From Bacteroidota bacterium (lineage in GTDB: Bacteria > Bacteroidota > Bacteroidia > Chitinophagales > Saprospiraceae), in the NCBI GenBank assembly GCA_039804245.1, contig JBDLWO010000065.1, forward strand, positions 764 to 64,763: DNA of 64,000 bases. The letters are read 5' to 3'. A program made the translations under genes and the position numbers. Every line of letters starts with the position of its first letter. The first letter of the stretch is position 1. Below the pieces are notes generated by a model, which saw only the letters and a list, made by a program, of their open reading frames with translations, did no database searches and was not told the DNA's origin. This document shows, one piece after another, positions 37,323 to 46,249 of this stretch.

Positions 37323-37976
37323 TCAGTTGCGTTGACCGAAAAGAAGGCTTCCTATCCTGACGAGCGTGCTGCCCTCTTCGAGTGCAATTTCCCAGTCGCC
37401 CGACATGCCCATGGATATTTCACAAAACCAGGGGGTATTTTCGAAAAAACGGGCTTTCAGTGATTCAAAAATTGATTTCAGATGCCTGAATTCACTTCGG
37501 ACCAGCGTTTGGTCATCGGTGAAAGTAGCCATACCCATTACTCCGCATATACGGATATTTTTGAATTCACCGAAAGCGGGATTATTCAACAGGTCGGTAC
37601 CCTCCTGTTCGCTGAGGCCGAATTTGGTTTCTTCTGTAGCTATATGAAATTGCAACAGGCAATCAATCATCCTGTTATTTCTTGCGGCCTGTTTGTTGAT
37701 TTCCCTGAGCAACTCGAGGCTGTCAACAGAATGAATCAGTGAAATAAAGGGTGCGATATATTTCACCTTGTTCGATTGCAGATGACCGATCAGGTGCCAC
37801 TGGATGTCTTTGGGGAGTACTTCATACTTTTGCTGCAACTCCTGTACACGGTTTTCGCCAAAGACACGCTGCCCCTTCAGGTAAAGTGGCATGATGCTTT
37901 CGGGGGTGTGTGTTTTCGAGACAGCCACCAGCCGGGCGTTTTTTTCAGACAATTTTTGCGTAATAACTTCGAACAT
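37323..37976 (-). CDS. yggS: YggS-family pyridoxal-5'-phosphate homeostasis protein
   Basis: The track ORF reaches 38279. The family-typical N-terminus starts at the ATG at 37976 (MFEVITQKLSEKNARLVAVSKTHTPESI...VFGENRVQEL). Further motifs: WHLIGHLQSNKVK, MGMATF and LSMGMSGD. Confidence 0.85.
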   Translation of the reverse strand: MFEVITQKLSEKNARLVAVSKTHTPESIMPLYLKGQRVFGENRVQELQQKYEVLPKDIQWHLIGHLQSNKVKYIAPFISLIHSVDSLELLREINKQAARNNRMIDCLLQFHIATEETKFGLSEQEGTDLLNNPAFGEFKNIRICGVMGMATFTDDQTLVRSEFRHLKSIFESLKARFFENTPWFCEISMGMSGDWEIALEEGSTLVRIGSLLFGQRN

Positions 37977-38090
37977 TGCAGGGCAAAAGTAAGTGCTTAT
38001 TACCTGATTCTGTTCATAAATCGCCAGACAAGCATTACCTTTCGCCTTTTTACAGCTTCTTTTAACGTAATCATTTGCAGCCTTAAAGAA

Positions 38091-39026
38091 ATGACTCGAG
38101 TCCTGTCCATTTTTCTGACCATTTTTTCCTCTGCCTGTAGCATAGTACAGGCTCAGCAGTGTCCTACGCTGAGTCAGAATGCCACACTGACGTCGCCCGA
38201 CTGTCAGCCCGGCCTGAACCCGTGCACACTTTGTCCGGGTGATACCTATACCCTGAATGCCAATGGCAACAATCTGCATGTTGGCGATTGCATAAACTGG
38301 TATGTGAGTACCACCCCCGGGTTTAATCCCTACAATGGTCAGGGTACCCTTCTTGGATGCTCGGAGATAACCACCCCGCCACCGGATCCATGTAATCCTG
38401 ATCCGATCCTGCTCGGTTTTTTTGTAAATGCATGTGGAACAGAGGAGAACAACGAGTTCCTTGCGATGTGGTCGGGCGGTGGCTTTTATGTGAGTGATCT
38501 TTCAATTACCTACGATGACCCGGCGAATAACGGTTGTGGTTTCCAATCGCCGAGTGGTGATGTTGTCTCCTCCATTGGCGATGATTGTCCGGGGGCAGTA
38601 TATGTGGGCCCCGGCGAGGCCGTCCCTGCCAATGTTCCGGTTATCATATTCACGAGTGCTTCTACAGATTTCAACTACAATTTTGGCGGTTTGTGTGCCA
38701 ATTTCGGCACCGTTTATGTATTGCAGAGCAGTTGTACCCCGTCAGGAGAAGGTGTTTTCCCCCAGACAGGGTCGGGAAGTGCCACCACTACGGTTTCAAT
38801 TGGATGCTGGTCAGATGCCATCTCGTACAATATCAACCAGCTGGTAGGTGGAAATGGCGCCTTTGTGGCTCAGGTGCCTATTCTGGGCACTACTTTCTAT
38901 GGAAATGCCGGCTGCAGCTGGCCGGGTTTCCCGGGACTACCGGGCGATGATCCGATCATCATGGTAGAACCGCTGAAGTGGAAGTTACGGCAGATGAGTG
39001 CAATATGGGTCCCTATTACATTGTAG
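38091..39026 (+). CDS. 5' fragment of the giant T9SS type-B adhesin gene (signal peptide + Cys-rich N-terminal region); the frame terminates at 39026
   Basis: The ATG at 38091 gives MTRVLSIFLTIFSSACSIVQAQQCP, a clear Sec signal. This is followed by ~295 aa rich in Cys, Gly and Pro, ending ...DDPIIMVEPL before running into TAG at 39024-39026. The upstream part of the track ORF (37776-38090) is antisense to yggS and is rejected. Confidence 0.7.
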   Translation: MTRVLSIFLTIFSSACSIVQAQQCPTLSQNATLTSPDCQPGLNPCTLCPGDTYTLNANGNNLHVGDCINWYVSTTPGFNPYNGQGTLLGCSEITTPPPDPCNPDPILLGFFVNACGTEENNEFLAMWSGGGFYVSDLSITYDDPANNGCGFQSPSGDVVSSIGDDCPGAVYVGPGEAVPANVPVIIFTSASTDFNYNFGGLCANFGTVYVLQSSCTPSGEGVFPQTGSGSATTTVSIGCWSDAISYNINQLVGGNGAFVAQVPILGTTFYGNAGCSWPGFPGLPGDDPIIMVEPLKWKLRQMSAIWVPITL

Positions 39027-42000
39027 GAATATACGAACCTTTGCCGCAGAACTGTCCGCAGGTATTTACCAACTACCTGTCTTATGATGTGGTTTGTCCG
39101 GAACCGGTACTTGGCACAGCAGACTTGTGTGCGAATGCGCCACCATTCAATCTGGTTACTATACAGGATCCGGGTGTTCCGTCCGGAACATGGTCGGGCA
39201 CCGGAGTTTCCGGTACAACATTCAATCCGGCAGGTTTGAGCGGGCCCATAGATCTTACCTTCACTCCCACCTCCGATTGTGGCGTGCCAGCCACTACCAC
39301 CATCAATGTATTTGAGGCTGTAACAGCAGTGATTGACTCCGTGCCTACAGTTTGCGCAGGCGGGTCCGTGTTGCTGGTGGTACATTTCACCGGTACGGGG
39401 CCATGGTCATTTGATCTGACCGCCAACGGTTCGCCCGTGGGCTCATTCAATACATTTGATAATCCCTTTATCATTCCGGTAGCACCCACTTCCAATACGA
39501 ATTACGTCATAAGAAACCTGAGAGATGACGCAGGATGTACGGGTCCCAATGCTTCACGCCAGGTACTGGTGTCCAGCGGAGCTGCTCTGGCAACCCTCAG
39601 TCTGATAGGAAATGACACGATTTGTTCCGCTACTCCGGCTCAATTCTCCATCAGTTTTCAGAATGGCGTTCCGGCCTACGGATTCGTATATGCTATCAAT
39701 GGCGTTTCACAACCGCCGGTTAATAACATAAGTACCAGCCCGTATCTGTTGTCGTTCAACCTGAGCTCCAACTCCACGGTTTCACTGGTGAGCATGACAG
39801 ATAACGGAGGATGCCCCGGAACTGCTACCGGTCAGGCGACTGTAGCCGTATTGCCTTCTCCCACCGCACAACTCACATCAGATACGGTACAGGTGTGTGC
39901 CGGGGCAACAGACTCACTCACCATTAAATTTACAGGCAAAGCGCCATATATCTACACACTCAGAATAAATGGTGTTGCCCAGCCGCAGGACACCTCACTG
40001 ACCAGTATGATCAGGATACCGGTTATGCCGGTGGGCGATACAGTCATTTACACGCTTCTCAACGTACTGGATTCTATCTGTATCGGAACAGTAAGCGGCA
40101 TTTACAGAGTCATTGTTTCTCCCCTGACTACAGCGTCCATCAGCGGAATCCAGACCATTTGCCCGGGAGGAACAGGCACCCTGGATTTCAATCTGACCGG
40201 TACAGGTCCCTACCTGATTACTTATGCGGCAAACGGAGTTCCTCAACCTTCCATACAGGCCAATACAGCGCCTTTTTCCATACAGGTAACCCCAGCTGAA
40301 ACTACCACGTACACGCTATTATCTGTGGAAGGAAACGGGTGCAGTGGCATTGTCTCGGGCACGGGAGTGATTGCAGTTGCTCAGCCGGCTACAGGTGTTG
40401 TAAGTGGCGGCGGACAAACCTGCCAGGGCGGCAGCGGAGCTGCGGTAACGTTCACATTTACCGGTTCAGGCCCATTCACGTTTATTCATTCACTCAATAA
40501 CGTACAGCAGGCACCGATTACTACCAATCAGAATGTCTATACCATTCAGAGTACACCCTCGATTGGCACAACCTATCGTCTGGTGAGTCTTACTGACGGA
40601 AACGGCTGTCAGGGTACAGTCAGCGGCGTTGCTCTTGTACTGGTATTTGTACCTGCCACGGGTGTTATGTCCGGTGATGCCACCTTCTGTGATTCAGCCA
40701 ACACAAACGTGATTGTTGATTTTACGGGTTCGGGACCGTTTACAATTGGCTATACCATTAACGGAGTGGCTCAGCCACCGGTTTTCACATCCGATGATCC
40801 TTATCTTATTCCGGTGAACGTCAGTTCTACCACTACCTATGTACTGACAGAAATTGAATCGCCCGGATGCGTAGGTATCCCGAACGGATCGGCCACTGTG
40901 CGCGTAAATTACGCACCAAACTATGCCGGATTCGACCTGGATTGTGATGCTGCTTCCGGAACCTACACAGTCCGGTTCAATATTCTGGGAGGCACGCCTC
41001 CGTACACATTGATATCGGGAAGCGGCACTTTCAACGGAAATCAGTTTACCAGCAATTCTATTCCCCAGGGTACTGGCTACAATATTGTATTCAGAGATGC
41101 CAATAACTGTGGTAATGTAACAGTAAGTGGCCCTGCAAACTGTAACTGCACTACAGATGCAGGACTTATGGATCTCACGCCTCAGGTTGTCTGTTTGAAC
41201 GACACCGTCACAGCAACTTTTCTGGGGGGTGAAGTGAACGATGGCAACGACTTGCTCCTCTACATACTCCACAGCAATCCGGGATTACCACTGGGCACTG
41301 TCTATGGCTGGAACACACAGCCATCTTTCACTTTTGTTCCCGGAATGAACAACAATGACGCCTACTATATCTCCTCTGTTTCAGGTGATCCGGATGGCAC
41401 CGGAATTATCAATCTGAATGATCCGTGCCTTTCTGTATCGCAGGGGACTCCCGTTGTTTTTGCCAACCTGCCCGGTGCAACCCTGGATGATACAAACATC
41501 AGCGTCTGCCAGGGCGATTCAGTTACCGTACAGGTGGGTTTCACCGGTGTGACTCCCTTTTCGTTCACTCCGGTTTTAAACGGAGTACCCCAAACACCCA
41601 TCACGGGCATCGACAAGATTACGTACAACTACACCTTTCTGCCAGTAACGAATACGACCGTGACACTTTCCGGGGTGTCTGATAATTTTTGCAGTGGAGG
41701 CTCGGTCTCCGGTTCAGTCAATGTTACCCTGCTTCCAAAGCCTGTATTTGGTGATGTCAATGTTATTTGTGACTTTTCCACCAACACTTACGCGCTTGAT
41801 TTCACTGTGACCGGCACTCCGCCATTCAATTTGTCAAACCTGCTGGCGGTTTTCAATGGCACTTCATTTACAACACTTCCTGCCATATCGGGAACTCCCT
41901 ATTTCGGATTACTCACCGATGCCAACAACTGCGGAAGCGATACCCTGCAGGGCGTACAATACTGCAGTTGCGACTCGGATGCCGGCACGATGCCACAGAA

Positions 42001-45000
42001 CAGCCTGAATGCCTGCACAGGAACACCTGTCAACCTGCCTCCCGCACAGGGCGTTACGCTTGAACCCGGAGATACTTTGATGTACATATTGCATACCAAT
42101 CCGGGGGTACCCGTAGGTAATATCATTGCATGGAGCAGTACACCCTCGTTCAGCTTCGGCCCGGGTATGCAGACCGGACAAACCTATTACGTGTCTTCTG
42201 TAGTTGGCAATCCGAGTGGAAATGGTCAGGTAGATCTTGGCAACCCCTGTTCATCGGTAGCAACCGGCACTCCAGTTGTCTGGAGAATCAGTCCGACAGC
42301 TTCCATGACCAGCGGCAACTTCAATATATGTCCGGGTGGCGCGCAGTCTCTGCTCGTAACCCTGACCGGGTCGCCTGCCTACACACTGACCTATACAAGC
42401 AACGGAACTCCTTACACAGTTAATCCGACCAACAACCTGTTCAGTATCAACGCACAGTTGCAGCAGACTGCAACTATTGTACTGACCTCCGTTTCTGATG
42501 CGTCGGGATGCCCGGGCACCGTCACTGGTCAGGCGACTGTAACAGTTCATCCGGCGCCACAGATCATCAACATCATCGAAAACTGCGATCTGATCAATCA
42601 AACCTACACGGTTGAATTTACGGTAAGCGGAGGTGATCTTTCAACTGTCAGTGTACAGAACCTTCCGGGAACATATAACCCTGTAACCGGACAATTCGTC
42701 AGTGATCCCAGACCCATTTCACAGCCCAACTATTCGTTTACTGTAAAGGATGTTTGGAACTGCGGCACATTCAGCTATGCCGAACAGGCCGAGTGCAGTT
42801 GCATCACCGATGCCGGAACCCTGAATTCCGGTAACCTGACTCTGTGTTCAGGAGATATATTTTCTTTTTCACCTCCTTCAGGCACTGTACTCGAACCCAA
42901 CCAGGATTTGCTGCAGTATTACCTTACACAGGGTACCAATCCGGCTACCTGGAACATCATAGCGACGAGCAACACCCCATCTTTCGCCTTCTCATCCTCC
43001 ACCATGCAATATGGCGTCAGTTATCAGGTAATCGCAGTGGCTGGTAACAGCACACCGGGGGGCACTATCAACCTGACAGATCCGTGTCTTTCTGTTGCTC
43101 CGGGGGCTACTGTGAGCTGGAGGCCACCTGTGACTGCCACGCTTGCAGGCGGAGCAACCATCTGCGCCGGAACCGGCACTACCCTGCCCATTTCACTTGC
43201 AGGCAACGGGCCATTTACTATCACTTACAGCAATGGCAGCAGTACCCAGCAGTTAAACAATGTGACCCAGAATCCGTACCAGCTTTCTGTCAGTCCGGCA
43301 TCCAGCACTAATTATACGCTGGTTTCCGTTACAGGAGCCGGCAGCTGTGCAGGAAACACCAGCGGATCTGCACTGGTTCAGGTTAATCCTGTTCCGCAGG
43401 TGTTCAATCTGCTGGAAAACTGTAATCTGTTCAACGAAACCTACACACTGACCTTCAGTATCAACAACGGCAGTGCATCGAATAACTTTACCGTGACAGG
43501 TATCATCGGAACTGTCACCGACTCTGTCTTTACCTCTCAGGCCTATCCGGGCTCCCAGCCCTATTCTGTGGTAATCAGAGATGCCATTGGCTGCTCAACT
43601 ACCGTCAGCGGACAACCCAATTGTCTGTGTACCACTGGTGCCGGCTCTTTGGCCAATCCACAGAATGCCTGTTTGCCGGGTGGATCCGTTTCTGCCCAGC
43701 AGAGCGGCAGCGCTACGCTTGACCAGAACGATGCACTGCGCTACCTGCTGTGTACCGATCCGGCCCTGCTCCCGGCAGGTGTGCTGGCGCAGAGTGCCCA
43801 GCCACAATTCCCGTTCCAGCCGGGTGTGTTGGCTCCGGGAACCACCTATTATATTGTAGCGGCAGCCGGTAACCCGCTCCCCAATGGTAATGTGGATTTC
43901 GGTGATCCCTGTGTTGCATTCTCGTCCGGCGTTCCGGTCATATTCAGGGCGGCACCGACTGCTGCGCTGAGTGGTACGGCTGCAGTTTGCCCCGGTTCCA
44001 ATGCACAGCTGCAGATTGACTTCAGTGGTCAGGCTCCGTTCCAGTATCAGTATGCAGTGAATGGTGTACCACAGTCCACACAAACGTCGGGCAACAACAG
44101 CATTCAGCTGCCTCTGACAGGCGTACAGCAGAGCCTGACCGTTACGCTGACAAGCGTTTCAGATGCATTCTGCCAGGGTACAGTGAGTGGCCAGGGGCTG
44201 GTAACGGTCCTGCCGGTACCGACCGGCTCACTCAGTGGTTCAACAACGGTGTGTGCAGGAGCAGCAGCACAACTCACGCTCAACCTGAGCGGAGCACCTT
44301 CCTTCAATGTGATCATTTCGGGAGGTGTTCAACCAGTCACACTGAGCAATGCTGTGAATGGCCAGACGTTCCCGGTATCGCCTGCTTCAGGCACAACATA
44401 TCAGATTGCGGTGCTTCAGCCTCAGGGTAACAGTTGTACGCCATCCATCGGCGCAGGTGCCACCGTGACAGTTAATACGGTTTCGGCGAGTGCCACACTT
44501 TCTGATTACAATGGCTTCAACGTCAGATGCTCCAGCGACAGCGATGGCAGTATCTCTATCACTCCGCAGAGCGGTACAGCGCCGTTCACCGCAGTATGGT
44601 CGAATGGCAATACCGGACTTTCACAGACCAGTCTGAGTGCGGGCGGGTACGAGGTCACCCTTACAGATGCGCTGGGCTGCCAGTGGAGCCAGGCGGTGCA
44701 ACTGACCGCACCACCGCCGCTGGGCGTTAATACATCACTGATCCGTCCGGTTTGCTTCGGACAGGACAACGGAGCCATCTCCATCAGCGGAATTACCGGT
44801 GGCCCCGGGCCTTACAATGTCACGCTGAACGGAACCGGCCAGGGCTTTGCAGATGTCTTCCCGTTTGTAATTCAGGGGCTTCGCAGCGGCGATTATCAGC
44901 TGGAAATTGAGGACAAGAACGGATGTTTGCTGGAAATTACCGAAACCATCCTGTCGCCACTGCAGTTGACGGTTAATCTTGGTCCGGACACCACCATACA

Positions 45001-45499
45001 GTTTGGCGACAGTATCTATCTGGTGCCCGTGATCAATTCACCCAAACTGGATACGTTTATCTGGTCGCCAATTACCTGGCTGGCCCAGCCCGACTCCTTT
45101 TACACCAAAGCAGGTCCGCCAGCTTCCATCACTTACAAACTCTTTATAAAAGACGAACAGGGTTGCGAAGCAAGAGACGAAATATATGTAGGCGTTAACA
45201 GGAAACCCAGAGTTTATCTGCCCAATGCCATAAAACCGGATTCGCCCGAACTCAATGATGCCTTCACTATTTTCGGAGGCCCGGAGGTGGCCAAAGTCAG
45301 GTATATGCGTATCTTCGACCGATGGGGTGAGCTGGTATTCGAGAACAATGATTTCCTGCCAAACGATACGCGTTCAGGATGGAAAGGGACACACAGAGGG
45401 GAGTATGTCAATCCCGGCGTGTTTGTCTATGTTATTGAAGTGGAGTACTTCAGCGGAGAAACAGAGATCTTTGCGGGTGATGTGACAGTAATCAGATAA
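38978..45499 (+). CDS. Main body of the giant adhesin: tandem Ig-like modules, four ~275-aa super-repeats, SprB repeats and a T9SS type B sorting domain (gliding-motility C-terminal domain)
   Basis: 2173-aa ORF in the -1 frame relative to 38091-39026, open from 38951. It has no signal peptide of its own (GTG start, MEVTADECNMGPYY). SprB-type repeats: NGFNVRCSSDSDGSISI...GGYEVTLTDALGC and PVCFGQDNGAISI...GDYQLEIEDKNGC. The C-terminal YLPNAIKPDSPELNDAFTIFGG...IFDRWGELVFE...GWKGTHRGEYVNPGVFVYV matches the type B CTD. Confidence 0.85.
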   Translation: MEVTADECNMGPYYIVGIYEPLPQNCPQVFTNYLSYDVVCPEPVLGTADLCANAPPFNLVTIQDPGVPSGTWSGTGVSGTTFNPAGLSGPIDLTFTPTSDCGVPATTTINVFEAVTAVIDSVPTVCAGGSVLLVVHFTGTGPWSFDLTANGSPVGSFNTFDNPFIIPVAPTSNTNYVIRNLRDDAGCTGPNASRQVLVSSGAALATLSLIGNDTICSATPAQFSISFQNGVPAYGFVYAINGVSQPPVNNISTSPYLLSFNLSSNSTVSLVSMTDNGGCPGTATGQATVAVLPSPTAQLTSDTVQVCAGATDSLTIKFTGKAPYIYTLRINGVAQPQDTSLTSMIRIPVMPVGDTVIYTLLNVLDSICIGTVSGIYRVIVSPLTTASISGIQTICPGGTGTLDFNLTGTGPYLITYAANGVPQPSIQANTAPFSIQVTPAETTTYTLLSVEGNGCSGIVSGTGVIAVAQPATGVVSGGGQTCQGGSGAAVTFTFTGSGPFTFIHSLNNVQQAPITTNQNVYTIQSTPSIGTTYRLVSLTDGNGCQGTVSGVALVLVFVPATGVMSGDATFCDSANTNVIVDFTGSGPFTIGYTINGVAQPPVFTSDDPYLIPVNVSSTTTYVLTEIESPGCVGIPNGSATVRVNYAPNYAGFDLDCDAASGTYTVRFNILGGTPPYTLISGSGTFNGNQFTSNSIPQGTGYNIVFRDANNCGNVTVSGPANCNCTTDAGLMDLTPQVVCLNDTVTATFLGGEVNDGNDLLLYILHSNPGLPLGTVYGWNTQPSFTFVPGMNNNDAYYISSVSGDPDGTGIINLNDPCLSVSQGTPVVFANLPGATLDDTNISVCQGDSVTVQVGFTGVTPFSFTPVLNGVPQTPITGIDKITYNYTFLPVTNTTVTLSGVSDNFCSGGSVSGSVNVTLLPKPVFGDVNVICDFSTNTYALDFTVTGTPPFNLSNLLAVFNGTSFTTLPAISGTPYFGLLTDANNCGSDTLQGVQYCSCDSDAGTMPQNSLNACTGTPVNLPPAQGVTLEPGDTLMYILHTNPGVPVGNIIAWSSTPSFSFGPGMQTGQTYYVSSVVGNPSGNGQVDLGNPCSSVATGTPVVWRISPTASMTSGNFNICPGGAQSLLVTLTGSPAYTLTYTSNGTPYTVNPTNNLFSINAQLQQTATIVLTSVSDASGCPGTVTGQATVTVHPAPQIINIIENCDLINQTYTVEFTVSGGDLSTVSVQNLPGTYNPVTGQFVSDPRPISQPNYSFTVKDVWNCGTFSYAEQAECSCITDAGTLNSGNLTLCSGDIFSFSPPSGTVLEPNQDLLQYYLTQGTNPATWNIIATSNTPSFAFSSSTMQYGVSYQVIAVAGNSTPGGTINLTDPCLSVAPGATVSWRPPVTATLAGGATICAGTGTTLPISLAGNGPFTITYSNGSSTQQLNNVTQNPYQLSVSPASSTNYTLVSVTGAGSCAGNTSGSALVQVNPVPQVFNLLENCNLFNETYTLTFSINNGSASNNFTVTGIIGTVTDSVFTSQAYPGSQPYSVVIRDAIGCSTTVSGQPNCLCTTGAGSLANPQNACLPGGSVSAQQSGSATLDQNDALRYLLCTDPALLPAGVLAQSAQPQFPFQPGVLAPGTTYYIVAAAGNPLPNGNVDFGDPCVAFSSGVPVIFRAAPTAALSGTAAVCPGSNAQLQIDFSGQAPFQYQYAVNGVPQSTQTSGNNSIQLPLTGVQQSLTVTLTSVSDAFCQGTVSGQGLVTVLPVPTGSLSGSTTVCAGAAAQLTLNLSGAPSFNVIISGGVQPVTLSNAVNGQTFPVSPASGTTYQIAVLQPQGNSCTPSIGAGATVTVNTVSASATLSDYNGFNVRCSSDSDGSISITPQSGTAPFTAVWSNGNTGLSQTSLSAGGYEVTLTDALGCQWSQAVQLTAPPPLGVNTSLIRPVCFGQDNGAISISGITGGPGPYNVTLNGTGQGFADVFPFVIQGLRSGDYQLEIEDKNGCLLEITETILSPLQLTVNLGPDTTIQFGDSIYLVPVINSPKLDTFIWSPITWLAQPDSFYTKAGPPASITYKLFIKDEQGCEARDEIYVGVNRKPRVYLPNAIKPDSPELNDAFTIFGGPEVAKVRYMRIFDRWGELVFENNDFLPNDTRSGWKGTHRGEYVNPGVFVYVIEVEYFSGETEIFAGDVTVIR
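40905..44215 (+). repeat. Four tandem ~825-bp (about 275-aa) intragenic super-repeats inside the giant adhesin
   Basis: Unit starts are at about 40905, 41729, 42546 and 43382. Each unit contains three parts.
- A module like (E)NC(D/N)L.N.TYT..F...GG.
- A Cys motif: NCNCTTDAG (~41138), YCSCDSDAG (~41960), ECSCITDAG (~42791), NCLCTTGAG (~43619), followed by L.Y.LH.NPG / ..PSF.F.PG....YY and DPC.SV..GTPV.
- An Ig-like module P.A.L.G...C.G....L...(F/L).G..P(F/Y). Confidence 0.8.
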
Positions 45500-46236
45500 T
45501 GAATACTTCGAGAGAACAGAAAATAAGGTCGGTTATCAGGCAATCACAGCCCGACCTGACCATCATACTGGAGAATATTTTCGACCCGCTGAATATCAGC
45601 GCGGCACTGCGTTCGTGCGATGCAGTGGGGGTGAGAGAGGTATTTGTGGTTTACACCAGGAAGTATCTCGACAAACGTGGGCTTCGCCTGGGGAAACGAA
45701 CTTCGGGCGGAGCCTTCAAATGGATAGATGTCTATCTGTTTGAGAATCTGGAGGAGTGTTTCTCCCGCGTGCGCACGCGCTACGGCCGCATACTCTCCAC
45801 AGGGCTCGGTACTGAAAGCCGCTCGCTTTATTCTCTGGATCTGACTCAGCCGACTGCCCTGCTGTTTGGCAACGAAGATGAGGGTGTCAGCGCCGAGGCA
45901 ATTGCCCTGTCCGACGGAAATTTCAACATTCCGCAGGCAGGATTTGCAGAGAGCCTCAATATTTCGGTGGCTTGCGCCGTTTCATTGTTTGAAGCAAGGC
46001 GCCAGAGAGAACTGAAGGGGTTTTACAGCGATAACCAGCACCTTGACCAGGAGCAGCAGGAACAGTTGTTCAACCGATGGTCTGCCATGTTGAAAGAGAA
46101 AAAATCAGGCCCTAAAAACGCCCTGACGATAACTAAAGACTCTCCTGATCTGCTTCCCGTTTTTGCAGAAAGAGATCCGGACAATCCTTTTGAAAAACCT
46201 GCCCGCTCAATGCCCTTGAGCAGGTTTGATTTGTAA
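45499..46236 (+). CDS. SpoU/TrmH-family RNA 2'-O-methyltransferase (SPOUT fold)
   Basis: 245 aa. Motifs: LTIILENIFDPLNISAALRSCDAVGV, ALLFGNEDEGVS and IPQAGFAESLNISVACAVSLFE. The ATG shares one nucleotide with the adhesin stop (TAATG at 45497-45501). Confidence 0.8.
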   Translation: MNTSREQKIRSVIRQSQPDLTIILENIFDPLNISAALRSCDAVGVREVFVVYTRKYLDKRGLRLGKRTSGGAFKWIDVYLFENLEECFSRVRTRYGRILSTGLGTESRSLYSLDLTQPTALLFGNEDEGVSAEAIALSDGNFNIPQAGFAESLNISVACAVSLFEARRQRELKGFYSDNQHLDQEQQEQLFNRWSAMLKEKKSGPKNALTITKDSPDLLPVFAERDPDNPFEKPARSMPLSRFDL

Positions 46237-46249
46237 CGACGCAAAAACT

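Noticed and set aside
37776-38090. N-terminal extensions of track ORFs. Examples: 37776 for the adhesin fragment, 38279 for yggS, 8429 for the THUMP methyltransferase, 47005 for ppa, 35328 for PAP2, 49841 for the small cargo protein, 28717 for SprF and 54584 for the 120-aa protein.
   Set aside because: The extensions overlap neighbouring genes, repeats or promoter boxes. They precede internal start codons that give family-typical N-termini or signal peptides.
38951-39026. Programmed -1 ribosomal frameshift as the explanation for the split adhesin gene.
   Set aside because: The 76-nt overlap contains no X XXY YYZ slippery heptamer, homopolymer run or obvious downstream pseudoknot-forming sequence. 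A simple indel, real or artefactual, is more parsimonious.
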